A stretch of 64,000 bases of DNA from a virus. The notes beneath the pieces are model-generated. The model searched no databases and was not told the origin of the DNA. It saw only the letters and a program-made list of their open reading frames with translations. The stretch lies in the IMG/VR virus record IMGVR_UViG_3300026189_000002, positions 49,063 to 113,062 of that record, one strand, 5' to 3'. Made by a program: the position numbers and the translations under genes. Below, in pieces: positions 19,673 to 29,479 of this stretch (positions within the stretch are counted from its first letter, which is position 1; every line of letters starts with the position of its first letter).

Positions 19673-22600
19673 CTAGAAAAACACTCGGCGACTTTATCGA
19701 CACTAGAGGCACTGGAAAAAGTGTTGACAAATCAGAGCTAAGAAAATCTGCGGCTGAAGCAATATCTCCTCGCGCCACCGCGGTCGCCTCTGAAGAAGTT
19801 TATGAAAAAGAAGCCAGAGATTTTTATTCTAAACTAAGATTTAAATCAGAAGCGGATGTTAACGCAATGTTTGCTTTAGAGGACGATTTAAGAAATTTTA
19901 ATGGAGAGAGCGGAACTCGCGACGTTTTAAGTTCAGATTCAAAATTTTCTGGAGCAAAAATAAAAGGTTTAGACGATCAAGGCATAAAAATATCCCAGGG
20001 AGACCTTCAAAGATCTTCTATTTTAAAAGATTACTTTGAATCTTTAAAACTACCAAACGATAAACCTACTGGTGAATACTTAGATCCTTCTTCAGAGATT
20101 AAACAGGAATCAGACATTGTAGTTTCTGGCCTTTTGCAAGCTTTAAAAGATTCAAACCGCTTTACTCCAGGTAGTAATACTCCATTTATACAAGAAATAG
20201 GCGGAGTAAAAAGAATCACAAAGGACATACATCATGTATATGATGCAGCATCACTGACAAGGGCTCAAGATGGCGGATTAGATTCTACAACTCCTAATGC
20301 GTTCGGTAGATATCAAAGCATTTTTTCAGAGATAAAAAGTCTTCCTTTGGTAGATATACAAAGAATGGCAATTAGCAACTTGGCAGGAGCAACAGGCGTT
20401 GAAACTTTTTTTACTAGAAAGCCTTTTAACAAAGACGGCGATTATCCCAGCGATGACTTTTTAGATGAAGTCAAAAGGGGCTTTGATAAGGTCACTGGAG
20501 GAGTAATACCAAATTTACCCCTTGTTTCTCAGGGCGAATGGAAAATACCGGTAAGCACAATGGGCATTTCATCTTTTTCATTAATAGATAGAAATGGAGA
20601 CGGAGGAGAAATAGGCGACGATAGAGAAGATTATGGCTCTTCAGACCCTATGAACAACAAATCTTTTGGTGTTATGAATTTTCCCGGTGGCCATTTTAAA
20701 GAACCTTTTAACTTTGGAATGTTATGGCCTGCCTTATTATCTTTAATATTTTTGTTCGTTATACTATATGCTTTCCAACTTCTTTGGGAAGCTTTTGGCG
20801 CTATAAGAAGGCTCATGAGCGGATCCTTTTTAGATCCTGAAGATTCCCAGTTAGACGAAGACACTGAGCACCTTCCGGATCCAAAATATGAACTAGACGC
20901 TATGGCTATGGGGAGTAGGCATACACCCGACAGCAAATCAGACGCGCTAGAAGCTTTATTTGATATGCTGTACGCTGCTTTAGATTGGCCCAGGTGGACA
21001 AGGTTTGGATTTTTTGCTAATGCTTTTAGAGGTCTATTAATGTTTATGGGCTTTGGAGTACAAGCCCATAAAAGCATCTGGGTACCGGATGTTGAACCTC
21101 AATCGGCCGTCCAAGCTCTTATAGAATTAATGAAAAACCCAGGCTATTACGTTGTTGTACTTAAACAAGTATTCAGAGAAATAAGTAATATAGCAGCCGG
21201 GTTTGGAAGTTTTAGTGCGGCAAATTTTGCCGCATTTGTAAGCAGCTTGATAGGGCTCTTTGACGCTATAAGAGAGTCGGCTACTTGGAGGTTTATTTTA
21301 ATATTATCCGATTTAGGAGAACAAGCTGCAAGAGCAACCATGTTGCGCGCAAAAGCACCCTGGATAGGTCAGGCAGGAGCAGTTGCAAAACTGGCTGAAG
21401 GTAAAAATTACGCTAGCGACGTTATAGAAGACGTTTCTAATTACAGGCATTTAAACAGAGTGAAAACTAAGTCTTCGTCTCCATCTAGGTCTGCTTTATC
21501 AATTCACATGTTTAGATCCGTGATTTTATCAGGTCAGCCTTACGGATCAACCGCCGGAACAGAGCAATTGATCGATTTAACTAAATTAACTGACATTTCT
21601 GCCGAAGTCGGCGATGCTAAATCAGACATTATTAAAGTCGGACCAACTAAAGAAGCTGATGCTCAGCTTACTAGAATACCTAAAGAATTAGTTGAAAAAT
21701 ACGAAAAACAGCTATCAGCTGAATATTGCCCTTTCTATATACAGGACCTTAGAAATAATGAAATTATACAACTGCCGGCTTTCATAACGCAGTTAAACGA
21801 TAATTTTGCAGCAGAATACAACGCTTCAAGCGGATTTGGAAGAACGGACGCTGTAAAAACTTATTCAAAAACGCAAAGATCCATACAGATTGGCGTTAAG
21901 TTAGTTGCTATGAGTAAAGAAGATCACAGTCACATGTGGTTTGTTATAAACAGACTAATTTCTATGCTTTATCCTCAAAGGTCTTTAGGAAGAATAAAAA
22001 ATGTTCCAGGCGGAGGAACAAAGTTGCAGCCATTTTCTCAAGTTCCTACTTCTAGCCCTATGGTTAGGCTAAGGCTAGGGGATTTGTATAGGAGTAACTA
22101 TACTGATTCCGCTTTTGCAAAAATGTTAGGCTTTCCGGGCTACTTAAATCCTCCTGGAGATGGTGATAAAAACATTTTCAGCGATGACGAAATGAAAAAG
22201 CTTCAAGTTTTTGGTTCTACTATACCTTTAAAGCTAAGAAAAGCTAAGCAAAAACTAATAGACGAATTTAATGAAGTAATGAAAAAAAAGGAATCTTCTG
22301 CTACAGATAAAGTCGAAGCAGTAAAAAAATTAGCAGAATCCTCCGACAAAAACCCGTGGGGCGGGCATATTCTGTTAAAACCAGGTATGCCTATATATTT
22401 GAGAGGCTACAAGCCCCCAAACCCTTTGGATATGCTAGGTGATTTATTAGGCGGAGGCGACGGAGACGAAAAAGTTGGAAATGCAGATTTCGAAATAAAA
22501 AATTTAATTTACGCTAAGCCGTTAGCTGCTAAAGCGAAGGACGAAGCAGCTTACATATGCGCTCAAACAAACGTTTTTAATCCACAAGAAAACTCAGACC

Positions 22601-23391
22601 TTAAAGAACTAGTCAAAATAATGAATGATTATTATGATGTTCCAGACGAATCTCGAATGGGCTTCGGTGCCAAAGATTCTAGTAAAAAAATTAGCAAAGC
22701 AGACGCTAGATTATACGCTTTTAATCATAATAAAAACAAATTTTTTGTCAGTAACAAAAAACAAATGATGAGGCTTCAAGATATATGTAAAGACTCTACT
22801 TCTACTGTTGTAGAAAGTATAGCTAAGATTATAAAAAAAGATTCTGAATATAAGATTGTTTGTTGCTTTGAGGCAGGAAAAACAGAAAAATACGCCGTAG
22901 TTCCAAGCATTCAAAAAATATACGACACTATGGATAATCAAGAGGTTGCAAAGATTCTTAAAAAATCTGCAACTGGAGACGAAGGAAAAAATTTACAAAA
23001 AATAAGAGAATTTATACAGAATGATGATATGTATAAATTTTTTAAAGAAACATCAGGATACGGATTAGCAGGTTTTATAACACAGATGTCTTTAGATTAC
23101 GGAGATTCTACTTGGGAAATAGATCAAGGGTCTAAGGCTCCTAAAAAAGTAGAGCTAACTCTAAGCTTTGACCCTATTCATGATTTAACACCAGGAATTG
23201 ATAATTCAGGCAGAATGCAAAACCCAGTTTTTCCTGTCGGCGAATATTCAGGCGGTGATTTAGACCCATGGACAAAGGATATTTCTTCTTACTCTATGTT
23301 TGAACAAGCTAAAACAATGATAGTAGATGCAACAGGAGATAACCCTGTTCCGGAACCAGAACCGCCAGGTTTTCCAGGTAACTTATTATAG
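19669..23391 (+). CDS. Large baseplate / tail-tube-initiator-like protein with hydrophobic N-terminal half
   Basis: 'PFYIQDLRNN..LPAFITQLND.F..EY....FGRTD.V.TY..T.RSI' and 'GFITQMSLDY...WEI.....PK.VELTLSF.PIH' match gp48/gp54/CIS tube-initiator style folds; predicted TM helix near 20713-20805. Confidence 0.6.
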   Translation: MTRKTLGDFIDTRGTGKSVDKSELRKSAAEAISPRATAVASEEVYEKEARDFYSKLRFKSEADVNAMFALEDDLRNFNGESGTRDVLSSDSKFSGAKIKGLDDQGIKISQGDLQRSSILKDYFESLKLPNDKPTGEYLDPSSEIKQESDIVVSGLLQALKDSNRFTPGSNTPFIQEIGGVKRITKDIHHVYDAASLTRAQDGGLDSTTPNAFGRYQSIFSEIKSLPLVDIQRMAISNLAGATGVETFFTRKPFNKDGDYPSDDFLDEVKRGFDKVTGGVIPNLPLVSQGEWKIPVSTMGISSFSLIDRNGDGGEIGDDREDYGSSDPMNNKSFGVMNFPGGHFKEPFNFGMLWPALLSLIFLFVILYAFQLLWEAFGAIRRLMSGSFLDPEDSQLDEDTEHLPDPKYELDAMAMGSRHTPDSKSDALEALFDMLYAALDWPRWTRFGFFANAFRGLLMFMGFGVQAHKSIWVPDVEPQSAVQALIELMKNPGYYVVVLKQVFREISNIAAGFGSFSAANFAAFVSSLIGLFDAIRESATWRFILILSDLGEQAARATMLRAKAPWIGQAGAVAKLAEGKNYASDVIEDVSNYRHLNRVKTKSSSPSRSALSIHMFRSVILSGQPYGSTAGTEQLIDLTKLTDISAEVGDAKSDIIKVGPTKEADAQLTRIPKELVEKYEKQLSAEYCPFYIQDLRNNEIIQLPAFITQLNDNFAAEYNASSGFGRTDAVKTYSKTQRSIQIGVKLVAMSKEDHSHMWFVINRLISMLYPQRSLGRIKNVPGGGTKLQPFSQVPTSSPMVRLRLGDLYRSNYTDSAFAKMLGFPGYLNPPGDGDKNIFSDDEMKKLQVFGSTIPLKLRKAKQKLIDEFNEVMKKKESSATDKVEAVKKLAESSDKNPWGGHILLKPGMPIYLRGYKPPNPLDMLGDLLGGGDGDEKVGNADFEIKNLIYAKPLAAKAKDEAAYICAQTNVFNPQENSDLKELVKIMNDYYDVPDESRMGFGAKDSSKKISKADARLYAFNHNKNKFFVSNKKQMMRLQDICKDSTSTVVESIAKIIKKDSEYKIVCCFEAGKTEKYAVVPSIQKIYDTMDNQEVAKILKKSATGDEGKNLQKIREFIQNDDMYKFFKETSGYGLAGFITQMSLDYGDSTWEIDQGSKAPKKVELTLSFDPIHDLTPGIDNSGRMQNPVFPVGEYSGGDLDPWTKDISSYSMFEQAKTMIVDATGDNPVPEPEPPGFPGNLL

Positions 23392-23400
23392 GATATATGC

Positions 23401-23685
23401 ATGACTTTTTCAAGATATAGTAACGATCCAGCGTTTAGTAATCATCTAGGGACTTCTTTAAAAACTTCTAAAATAAGAGCCCTTGTTCAAGATGGTTCTT
23501 TAGAGATAACTTTGTATACCACCAAAGAAGGTGAAAGATTAGACCACATTTCTGGAAAATATTACGGTGATGGAAGATACTGGTGGATTATCGCCGCGGC
23601 TAGCAACATTGGTTGGTGGCTACAAGTACCGGCTGGCACAAGCCTAATTATACCATTAAACTTAGATGAAATTGAAGTTTTATAA
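23401..23685 (+). CDS. Baseplate wedge LysM-like protein (gp53 / P2 gpX-like)
   Basis: 'EGERLDHISGKYYGDGRYWWIIAAASNI......GTSLIIP'. Confidence 0.85.
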   Translation: MTFSRYSNDPAFSNHLGTSLKTSKIRALVQDGSLEITLYTTKEGERLDHISGKYYGDGRYWWIIAAASNIGWWLQVPAGTSLIIPLNLDEIEVL

Positions 23686-26600
23686 TGTTAGTTGATTTTG
23701 AAGGAAACCCTATAGTATCCGACCAGGGTGACGTCAGCGTTGCAGCAGAATACAAGCGTATGATGATATCGATGGGAATTGCGCAAAAAGAGCACGAAGC
23801 TAGATGCTCCATACCCATTGCATCAGAATCAAAAAAAGATGCAGAGGAAACAAAAGCTGGACCCAAAAGCAGCGCAAACGCCTCGCGCAGAGGTACAAAA
23901 AAAAGAAGGCGAAAAAAATCTAAAGATCCTAAAAAAGGTGAACTAGAAAAAAGTATAGACAGCAGTTTTGCTGGTCTTCTAGACTCAAATAGAGCCGCTA
24001 TAAAACAAGAAGCTGAATTTAGATCTAATAAACAAATGCAACTACCTGTAGACCTATTGGACTTTGCTGCTTTTTCAGATTCCCCTGTTTATTTTCCAAT
24101 ATACAACATGAATATATTCGAAGCCCAGGGCGATGCTACTTCAGGCTTTATAAAAAAAGGCAGTTTTGCAGACTCTATGAAAAAATTGCAAGGAGCTAAA
24201 CTAGGATATTATTTGTCTTACGATTCTGGAGTTATGCATAAAGCTAGCGCCGACGCTAACGCTTCTTTAAAAACCAGAGAAGACCGCGGCGCTGCAGGAA
24301 TTCTTTTAAAAGAAAAACCCGGGCATCTTGAATATCTTTCAATAGGTAGTGGTCTAGACAGAACAAAAATATTGAGTCAGTATAGAGACCCGTCGACAAC
24401 ATCTACTGACGGCATCTATCCAGGCGTAGGAGCTTTTTTAGTTTTTGATTCTCAAGATTCTGTTAACGAGACTTCAGTTCAAAGCCCTTCTTACTTTTCT
24501 ACTATTTGTAATACTAAACTAATGTCTTCTGCTGTTCCTTTTTTAGATATCAAAGTAATAAATTCAATACCTCAATCTAATGCAGATAACAATTTTAAAT
24601 CGACAGAAAGTTTTAGTACATTTCCAATGAGCATGGAATTATTTTTAGACCAGGGAGTCGTTAGAAAAAATCCCTCAATAGGCGTTACAACAATCGGGGA
24701 ATTCCATTCTGGCGATAAAATTAATGTAGCCACATCGGGAATGGAAATATTTACATCCCCTCAAACTCTTACAAACCCTAAAAGAAAAATATCTAGAAAT
24801 GATACCAAAGATACTATGAGGCCTTTTTTGTCGGTTATAGACCTTTCTATAGATGTAGTCGGATTGGGAGCCGGAGTTCTTTCTTTTAAATTGGCAAAAT
24901 TAAAATTAAAATTACACGACAGAACAAACTTAAGGTTAATAGGAAATTTAATTTCGCCCGACATGTACGATTCGGTAAGGTTTGAAATAGACTATGGGTA
25001 CTCTTTAAATGTTAATAAATATAGTTCAAAAGCTGAACATTATATTAACAACATGAGAATGAAAGAAACTTTTCAAGTTGCAAATAGCGCTTATACGGTT
25101 TCTGAGTCAGAAGTTGATATAGACTTGACATTAGTCAGTTTAGGATCTACGTCAGTTGACGAAGTAGACTTATCTATGCCGCCTGGATCCGGCCCTTCTT
25201 ATGAAGATTTAGTTAAATTATTATATGAAGCAAGAAAAACAATACTCGGGTTACCAAATTTTGCGGACTTAAAAGTCCCTACAGTTATATCTGGTGAAGG
25301 ATATCACAAATTTATGTCTTTTACAGATAAAGAAATTCAAGAAATACTAAGTTTTTCAAAAAAGCTAAGAAACCAAGGTGAAGACGGTATAGAAGCAGCT
25401 AAAAAGCTAGTAACGATGTTTCAAGATGAAAACAAAAGGAAAAAGAAAAAATTAGGGACTGCTAGAAAAAAGACGCAAGACATATTAAAAAGTATAAAAG
25501 AAAGATTAAGCAAAGCGCCTACAAAAGATAATCCGGACCCTTTTTTGCACAAACAGTATTTTCCTTTAAAAGCAGATGGTAAAAAAATAAAATCTGGTTC
25601 AACAACACAGAGATCACACAAGCAATATATATCTTTAGGCCACTTATTGATGTCCATGATTGCTCCGCATTTACATAAACAAGGCGGAGGAACAGAGGTC
25701 CTTTTTGTTTTCGGCTGCTGTAATAAAAATGCTGGAGCTAGTTTTGTAGAAAATTTAGCTAGTTTTCCTCTAGAAAGAAAAAAGGTCTTGGATGTTCTTG
25801 TTAATAATAAAGACGCTCTTTTTAAGCAAAACAAAAAAATATCTATAAGAAAGTTTGTAACAGCGGTAGCAAACAGTTTAGTTGCGGACATTAACTCTGT
25901 AGGTTATTTCGGAAAAGACTATAAAAGTTACGAGAATAGAACAAAAAAAGAGGCGCAGCTTAGAAGAATTTATTCTACTACCGCCCCTTTAAAGTCGCAG
26001 GCTGATTTAACACCCATTTCTTTAGGGATGAAGCTTGATTCTGGTCCTATGGTAAACACTGAATCTAACGTTCCAGGAGCTAAAGATCCAGACAGAAAAT
26101 TGACTAGAATAACTTTTTATGATAATGCTCACAATCCAAAACAATCTGTAAGTAAAATTTTAAGTGGATTATCATCTGGGAAAATTACTTTTCCTTATAA
26201 AAACGAAGGTGAAAGAAAATTTGCTCCTAGGCATTTTAAGGCGTCTTTAGAGCAAATACAGAGCTTTAATTTTGCTCTAAAGCCTGATCTTAACAATAAA
26301 TCTGAAACAGATCTACCTGCTTACGTGGTAACCCGCACAGAAGATGCTCCTGAATCTGTAAAAGACCACATAAGGACAATTAGTCCTACACTAGATTACG
26401 CTACAGAAAACTCTTGTATAATAAAGGCCGACCTTTCTTTAGAAACAGATGCCGACTTGCTAAGTATGAGATTGACCAATACAAATACAGACGCCGCAAC
26501 TACAGCACCGGTAGATATTCCGTTGACTGTAATGCCTGGAAGTTTAAAAATAGAAACTTTTGGATGCAATCATTTTGCTATTGGGCAACAGTATTTTATA

Positions 26601-26831
26601 GACTTTGGAACAGATACAACTTTAGACGGATATTATGGCGTCACGTCTATAAGCCATTCTTTATCTAACGGAAAGTTTTTAACGAGCGTTGGGCTACAGC
26701 CTACCGGTACGCAACCGCACTATAGTTCAATAAACTCTCTAGCTAGGTCTTTAAAAACAACTCCAGATGTTATCGTCGAAGGTGACGCAGGTCAGAAAAA
26801 TCAGCACATAGGAGCCTCCGCGATTGGTTAA
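23685..26831 (+). CDS. Baseplate hub-like protein (gp27/gpD type)
   Basis: C-term 'LKIETFGC..FAIGQQYFIDFGT.TTLDGYYGVTSISHSLSNGKFLTSV' resembles hub/late-control-D beta-barrel ends; position in baseplate cluster. Confidence 0.6.
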   Translation: MLVDFEGNPIVSDQGDVSVAAEYKRMMISMGIAQKEHEARCSIPIASESKKDAEETKAGPKSSANASRRGTKKRRRKKSKDPKKGELEKSIDSSFAGLLDSNRAAIKQEAEFRSNKQMQLPVDLLDFAAFSDSPVYFPIYNMNIFEAQGDATSGFIKKGSFADSMKKLQGAKLGYYLSYDSGVMHKASADANASLKTREDRGAAGILLKEKPGHLEYLSIGSGLDRTKILSQYRDPSTTSTDGIYPGVGAFLVFDSQDSVNETSVQSPSYFSTICNTKLMSSAVPFLDIKVINSIPQSNADNNFKSTESFSTFPMSMELFLDQGVVRKNPSIGVTTIGEFHSGDKINVATSGMEIFTSPQTLTNPKRKISRNDTKDTMRPFLSVIDLSIDVVGLGAGVLSFKLAKLKLKLHDRTNLRLIGNLISPDMYDSVRFEIDYGYSLNVNKYSSKAEHYINNMRMKETFQVANSAYTVSESEVDIDLTLVSLGSTSVDEVDLSMPPGSGPSYEDLVKLLYEARKTILGLPNFADLKVPTVISGEGYHKFMSFTDKEIQEILSFSKKLRNQGEDGIEAAKKLVTMFQDENKRKKKKLGTARKKTQDILKSIKERLSKAPTKDNPDPFLHKQYFPLKADGKKIKSGSTTQRSHKQYISLGHLLMSMIAPHLHKQGGGTEVLFVFGCCNKNAGASFVENLASFPLERKKVLDVLVNNKDALFKQNKKISIRKFVTAVANSLVADINSVGYFGKDYKSYENRTKKEAQLRRIYSTTAPLKSQADLTPISLGMKLDSGPMVNTESNVPGAKDPDRKLTRITFYDNAHNPKQSVSKILSGLSSGKITFPYKNEGERKFAPRHFKASLEQIQSFNFALKPDLNNKSETDLPAYVVTRTEDAPESVKDHIRTISPTLDYATENSCIIKADLSLETDADLLSMRLTNTNTDAATTAPVDIPLTVMPGSLKIETFGCNHFAIGQQYFIDFGTDTTLDGYYGVTSISHSLSNGKFLTSVGLQPTGTQPHYSSINSLARSLKTTPDVIVEGDAGQKNQHIGASAIG

Positions 26832-26911
26832 TAAAAAGAGTATGTAAAAACTAAACTGCAATGATTGGCCAAATATAAATGTAAAAGCTTTTTTTACTTA
26901 TAGGTTTTATT

Positions 26912-27952
26912 ATGAGCAATTTTTACCCGATGAATAGCTATGCATCAGCAATCTCTATAGCAGAAATTTTTGGTTTTTCTAACGAAATACCGCCAGAATA
27001 CAAAAAAATGATGGACTGCCTGGGCTTAAAAAGTGGGTGTAAAAAATATATGCCTTCATTTTTAACAAAAAAAAGAGACGATAATTTATCTGCTTTTTTT
27101 AAATCCATTGTAGAAAATAAAGACAACTTTAAATACGCTGTTTTCCATCAGGAGTGCTTAGATTTTATAAGCAGCCTACACACTCCTAATTTCGATATAG
27201 GGTCAACAAAAAAAGCTAAGAAAAAATACGCGAATATATCAAACATAGACTTTAGGTTTATAGAAAAAACAAAATATTCTTGCTCAAAAACGTCGACAGG
27301 AAGAATGACCGTAGTAGAAGGTTTTAACATACTAACTGCTCCTGCAGAATTAAGATCCTGTATAAGGTCTAAATACAAAAATGGAAAAATAATGCAAATA
27401 GACCTTGTTTCTGCTGAGCCTAAATTTGCGCTTTTTACTTCGGGCAAAAAAATGCCTAAAGATGTTTATGATGACATATCAAGCGTTTGCAATCTAGAAA
27501 AATTAACTAGACAGCAGGTGAAGATGTCAGTAATTTGCAGCCTTTACGGTCAATCTTCTTTTAGGTTGTCTAATTCATTGCCAGGCAATTTTAACTCTGA
27601 ATCAATCATACGATCGGTAAAAAAATACTTTTCGTATAATGAGTTGTTAAAAAAATTAACAGACGATCACAGCATAGGTAATTTTAGAAATTTTTTTGGA
27701 AGACCGCTAGCAACAAAAGACAGCTCTCTGTTGATTAGTCACTATCTGCAAAGCAGCGTAGCTGACTGTTCTTTGGCACTATTTAAAACCTTTTGTAAAA
27801 ATAACAGCGATCTTATAACTCCGTACTATTTAATACACGATGCTTTAATATTTGATGCATCTCCTGAATTTTTAAAAATCTACTCTCATGAAGACTATGT
27901 AGATTTACAGTATTCGAATATAAGATTAATGGCAAAAATAAGCGAGGTTTAA
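26912..27952 (+). CDS. Miniature family A DNA polymerase (polymerase domain only, 346 aa)
   Basis: 'TGRMT', motif A 'QIDLVSAEP', motif B 'RQQVKMSVICSLYG', 'NFFGRPL', 'LQSSVAD', motif C 'LIHDALIFD'. Confidence 0.8.
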   Translation: MSNFYPMNSYASAISIAEIFGFSNEIPPEYKKMMDCLGLKSGCKKYMPSFLTKKRDDNLSAFFKSIVENKDNFKYAVFHQECLDFISSLHTPNFDIGSTKKAKKKYANISNIDFRFIEKTKYSCSKTSTGRMTVVEGFNILTAPAELRSCIRSKYKNGKIMQIDLVSAEPKFALFTSGKKMPKDVYDDISSVCNLEKLTRQQVKMSVICSLYGQSSFRLSNSLPGNFNSESIIRSVKKYFSYNELLKKLTDDHSIGNFRNFFGRPLATKDSSLLISHYLQSSVADCSLALFKTFCKNNSDLITPYYLIHDALIFDASPEFLKIYSHEDYVDLQYSNIRLMAKISEV

Positions 27953-27963
27953 TATTTATATTC

Positions 27964-28554
27964 ATGGAAAAATTGCAAAACATACATTTTATCCTTAGGG
28001 AAGTATTAGGCGAAGAAAATAAAAGTTCGGATAATTCTGAAAAAACTAAAAGTACGGATAACTCTGAAAAAACTAAAAGTACAGATGGCCCTAAAAAAAA
28101 TAAAAATAAAGCTAGCAATAGAAATATAATATCAACTAAGGGGGCTTTTGGATCTGGGGGTAGGCCTCAAAAATTTGTATCTAGTTTAAAATCTAGAGCT
28201 AGGACTCCTTCTACAGCCCCGGGACTTTTAAAAGACCTAGGAATTAAAAGCCGCCCTTCTGGAGATGACTTAGATAAAGTTTTAGAAGTACTAAACCAAG
28301 GTATACACGGAAACCAGCTTTTATCTAGGGCCTATTTAGGCGCAGTTATTTCTAGCGACGCTAGAGATATATCAGGAGAAAAAATATCTGAAAAAGTTGT
28401 AGAGGTTACTGTTTCAGAAATAGATAAAAAAAACGGCGTAAGATTTTTAGCAGAAATGCTTAACGCATGCATAACCGCAGAGTTTATTAACTTAAAAGCC
28501 GGTATCCAGTTCGTTCAAGGTAGATCAAATACAATTCTTCTTCAATCTTTTTGA
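27964..28554 (+). CDS. Hypothetical, probable head-internal protein
   Basis: N-terminal 'IHFILREVLGEE' motif; ATATTTA 5 nt before ATG. Confidence 0.55.
   Translation: MEKLQNIHFILREVLGEENKSSDNSEKTKSTDNSEKTKSTDGPKKNKNKASNRNIISTKGAFGSGGRPQKFVSSLKSRARTPSTAPGLLKDLGIKSRPSGDDLDKVLEVLNQGIHGNQLLSRAYLGAVISSDARDISGEKISEKVVEVTVSEIDKKNGVRFLAEMLNACITAEFINLKAGIQFVQGRSNTILLQSF
28021..28086 (+). repeat. 27-bp tandem repeat (about 2.4 copies) encoding KS(S/T)DNSEKT
   Basis: aaaagttcggataattctgaaaaaact / aaaagtacggataactctgaaaaaact / aaaagtacagat. Confidence 0.9.
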
Positions 28555-28579
28555 ACATGTAAAAAAAACCTGTTATCTT
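28551..28579 (+). promoter_or_regulatory. Sigma70-like promoter TTGAAC-17-TATCTT (extended -10 TG)
   Basis: 17-nt spacer counted in sequence; -10 ends 5 nt before ATG 28585. Confidence 0.45.
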
Positions 28580-28584
28580 TTATC

Positions 28585-29151
28585 ATGAATAAAGAACCAG
28601 AAAAATTATTAGAAAATTACAAAAGATTTATCTCGATACTTTCAAAAGTTGTTGACAAGTCATCTGTTGAAAAAATAGAAAATCAGCTTGCTGAAAGATT
28701 AATATTGTCACCCCGAGGATTAAAATTGTCTGAAGGAGGCTATCCAGGAGCTCTACTAGAGTTTTCTATAGACGTAGCGACAGCCGCCAGTTCTATGTCT
28801 TCATATTTTGACAATAAAAAGTCCTTAGTTAAAGTATCTTTGCTTCATGAAATTGGAAGGTTAGGCGATTTAGATAACGACCTATATATAAATCAAGAAT
28901 CAGAATGGCATAGAGATAAACTAGAGCAGCATTTTAAGTACAATGAAAGCTGTCCAAAAATGTCTATATCGCATAGAACTCTATGGCTTTGCTCTCATTT
29001 AAATATAGCCTTATCACAAAGCGAATATCTTTCTATACTGACCGGCCAAGGTTTACATCTTCCTGAAAATCAATTTTACGGAAAACTTAATGACCCAATT
29101 GTATCTGGGCTGCAGGCTTCGCGTGGAATAGTTTTGTCTACTCATAATTAA
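28585..29151 (+). CDS. Degenerate HD-domain phosphohydrolase-like protein
   Basis: 'LILSP......GGYPGALLEFS', 'SLLHEIGRLG', 'MSISHRTLWL' follow the phage HD/YhaM-like layout but with HD->HE and other His ligands lost. Confidence 0.55.
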   Translation: MNKEPEKLLENYKRFISILSKVVDKSSVEKIENQLAERLILSPRGLKLSEGGYPGALLEFSIDVATAASSMSSYFDNKKSLVKVSLLHEIGRLGDLDNDLYINQESEWHRDKLEQHFKYNESCPKMSISHRTLWLCSHLNIALSQSEYLSILTGQGLHLPENQFYGKLNDPIVSGLQASRGIVLSTHN

Positions 29152-29155
29152 GTTT

Positions 29156-29401
29156 ATGAAAATAACAGAATCACACCTAAGAAAAATAATAAGGGTTATT
29201 TTAGAAAAAAAGAAGCTATTATCTGAACCCGATCTAAATAAAAAAGATAAAGAAAACGAGGCTTCTGTATCAGGCTCTGTTGCTGGAGTCACGGTTCCGC
29301 TAGGAGCTGAATCTACATATCCAAACAAAAAAAAGAAAAAAAGAAAGCCTCCTCACAAGGTAGCCGGTAGAGCTTTTGGAAATGCAAAATTAGCTAAATA
29401 G
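29156..29401 (+). CDS. Small basic probable head-internal protein
   Basis: 'MKITESHLRKIIRVILE' motif, Lys-rich tail. Confidence 0.55.
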   Translation: MKITESHLRKIIRVILEKKKLLSEPDLNKKDKENEASVSGSVAGVTVPLGAESTYPNKKKKKRKPPHKVAGRAFGNAKLAK

Positions 29402-29479
29402 TTACTATACAATCTAGCCTTTGCTCTAATATTTTAATTACTAATTTGATAGTTGCTAATTAAAAATTTGGAGGTTAAA

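Noticed and set aside
774-26831. Bacterial eCIS/tailocin locus interpretation
   Set aside because: Contiguous with phage-type SSB, UvsX, gp41-like helicase and a long tape measure; no bacterial housekeeping context; better explained as a phage tail module
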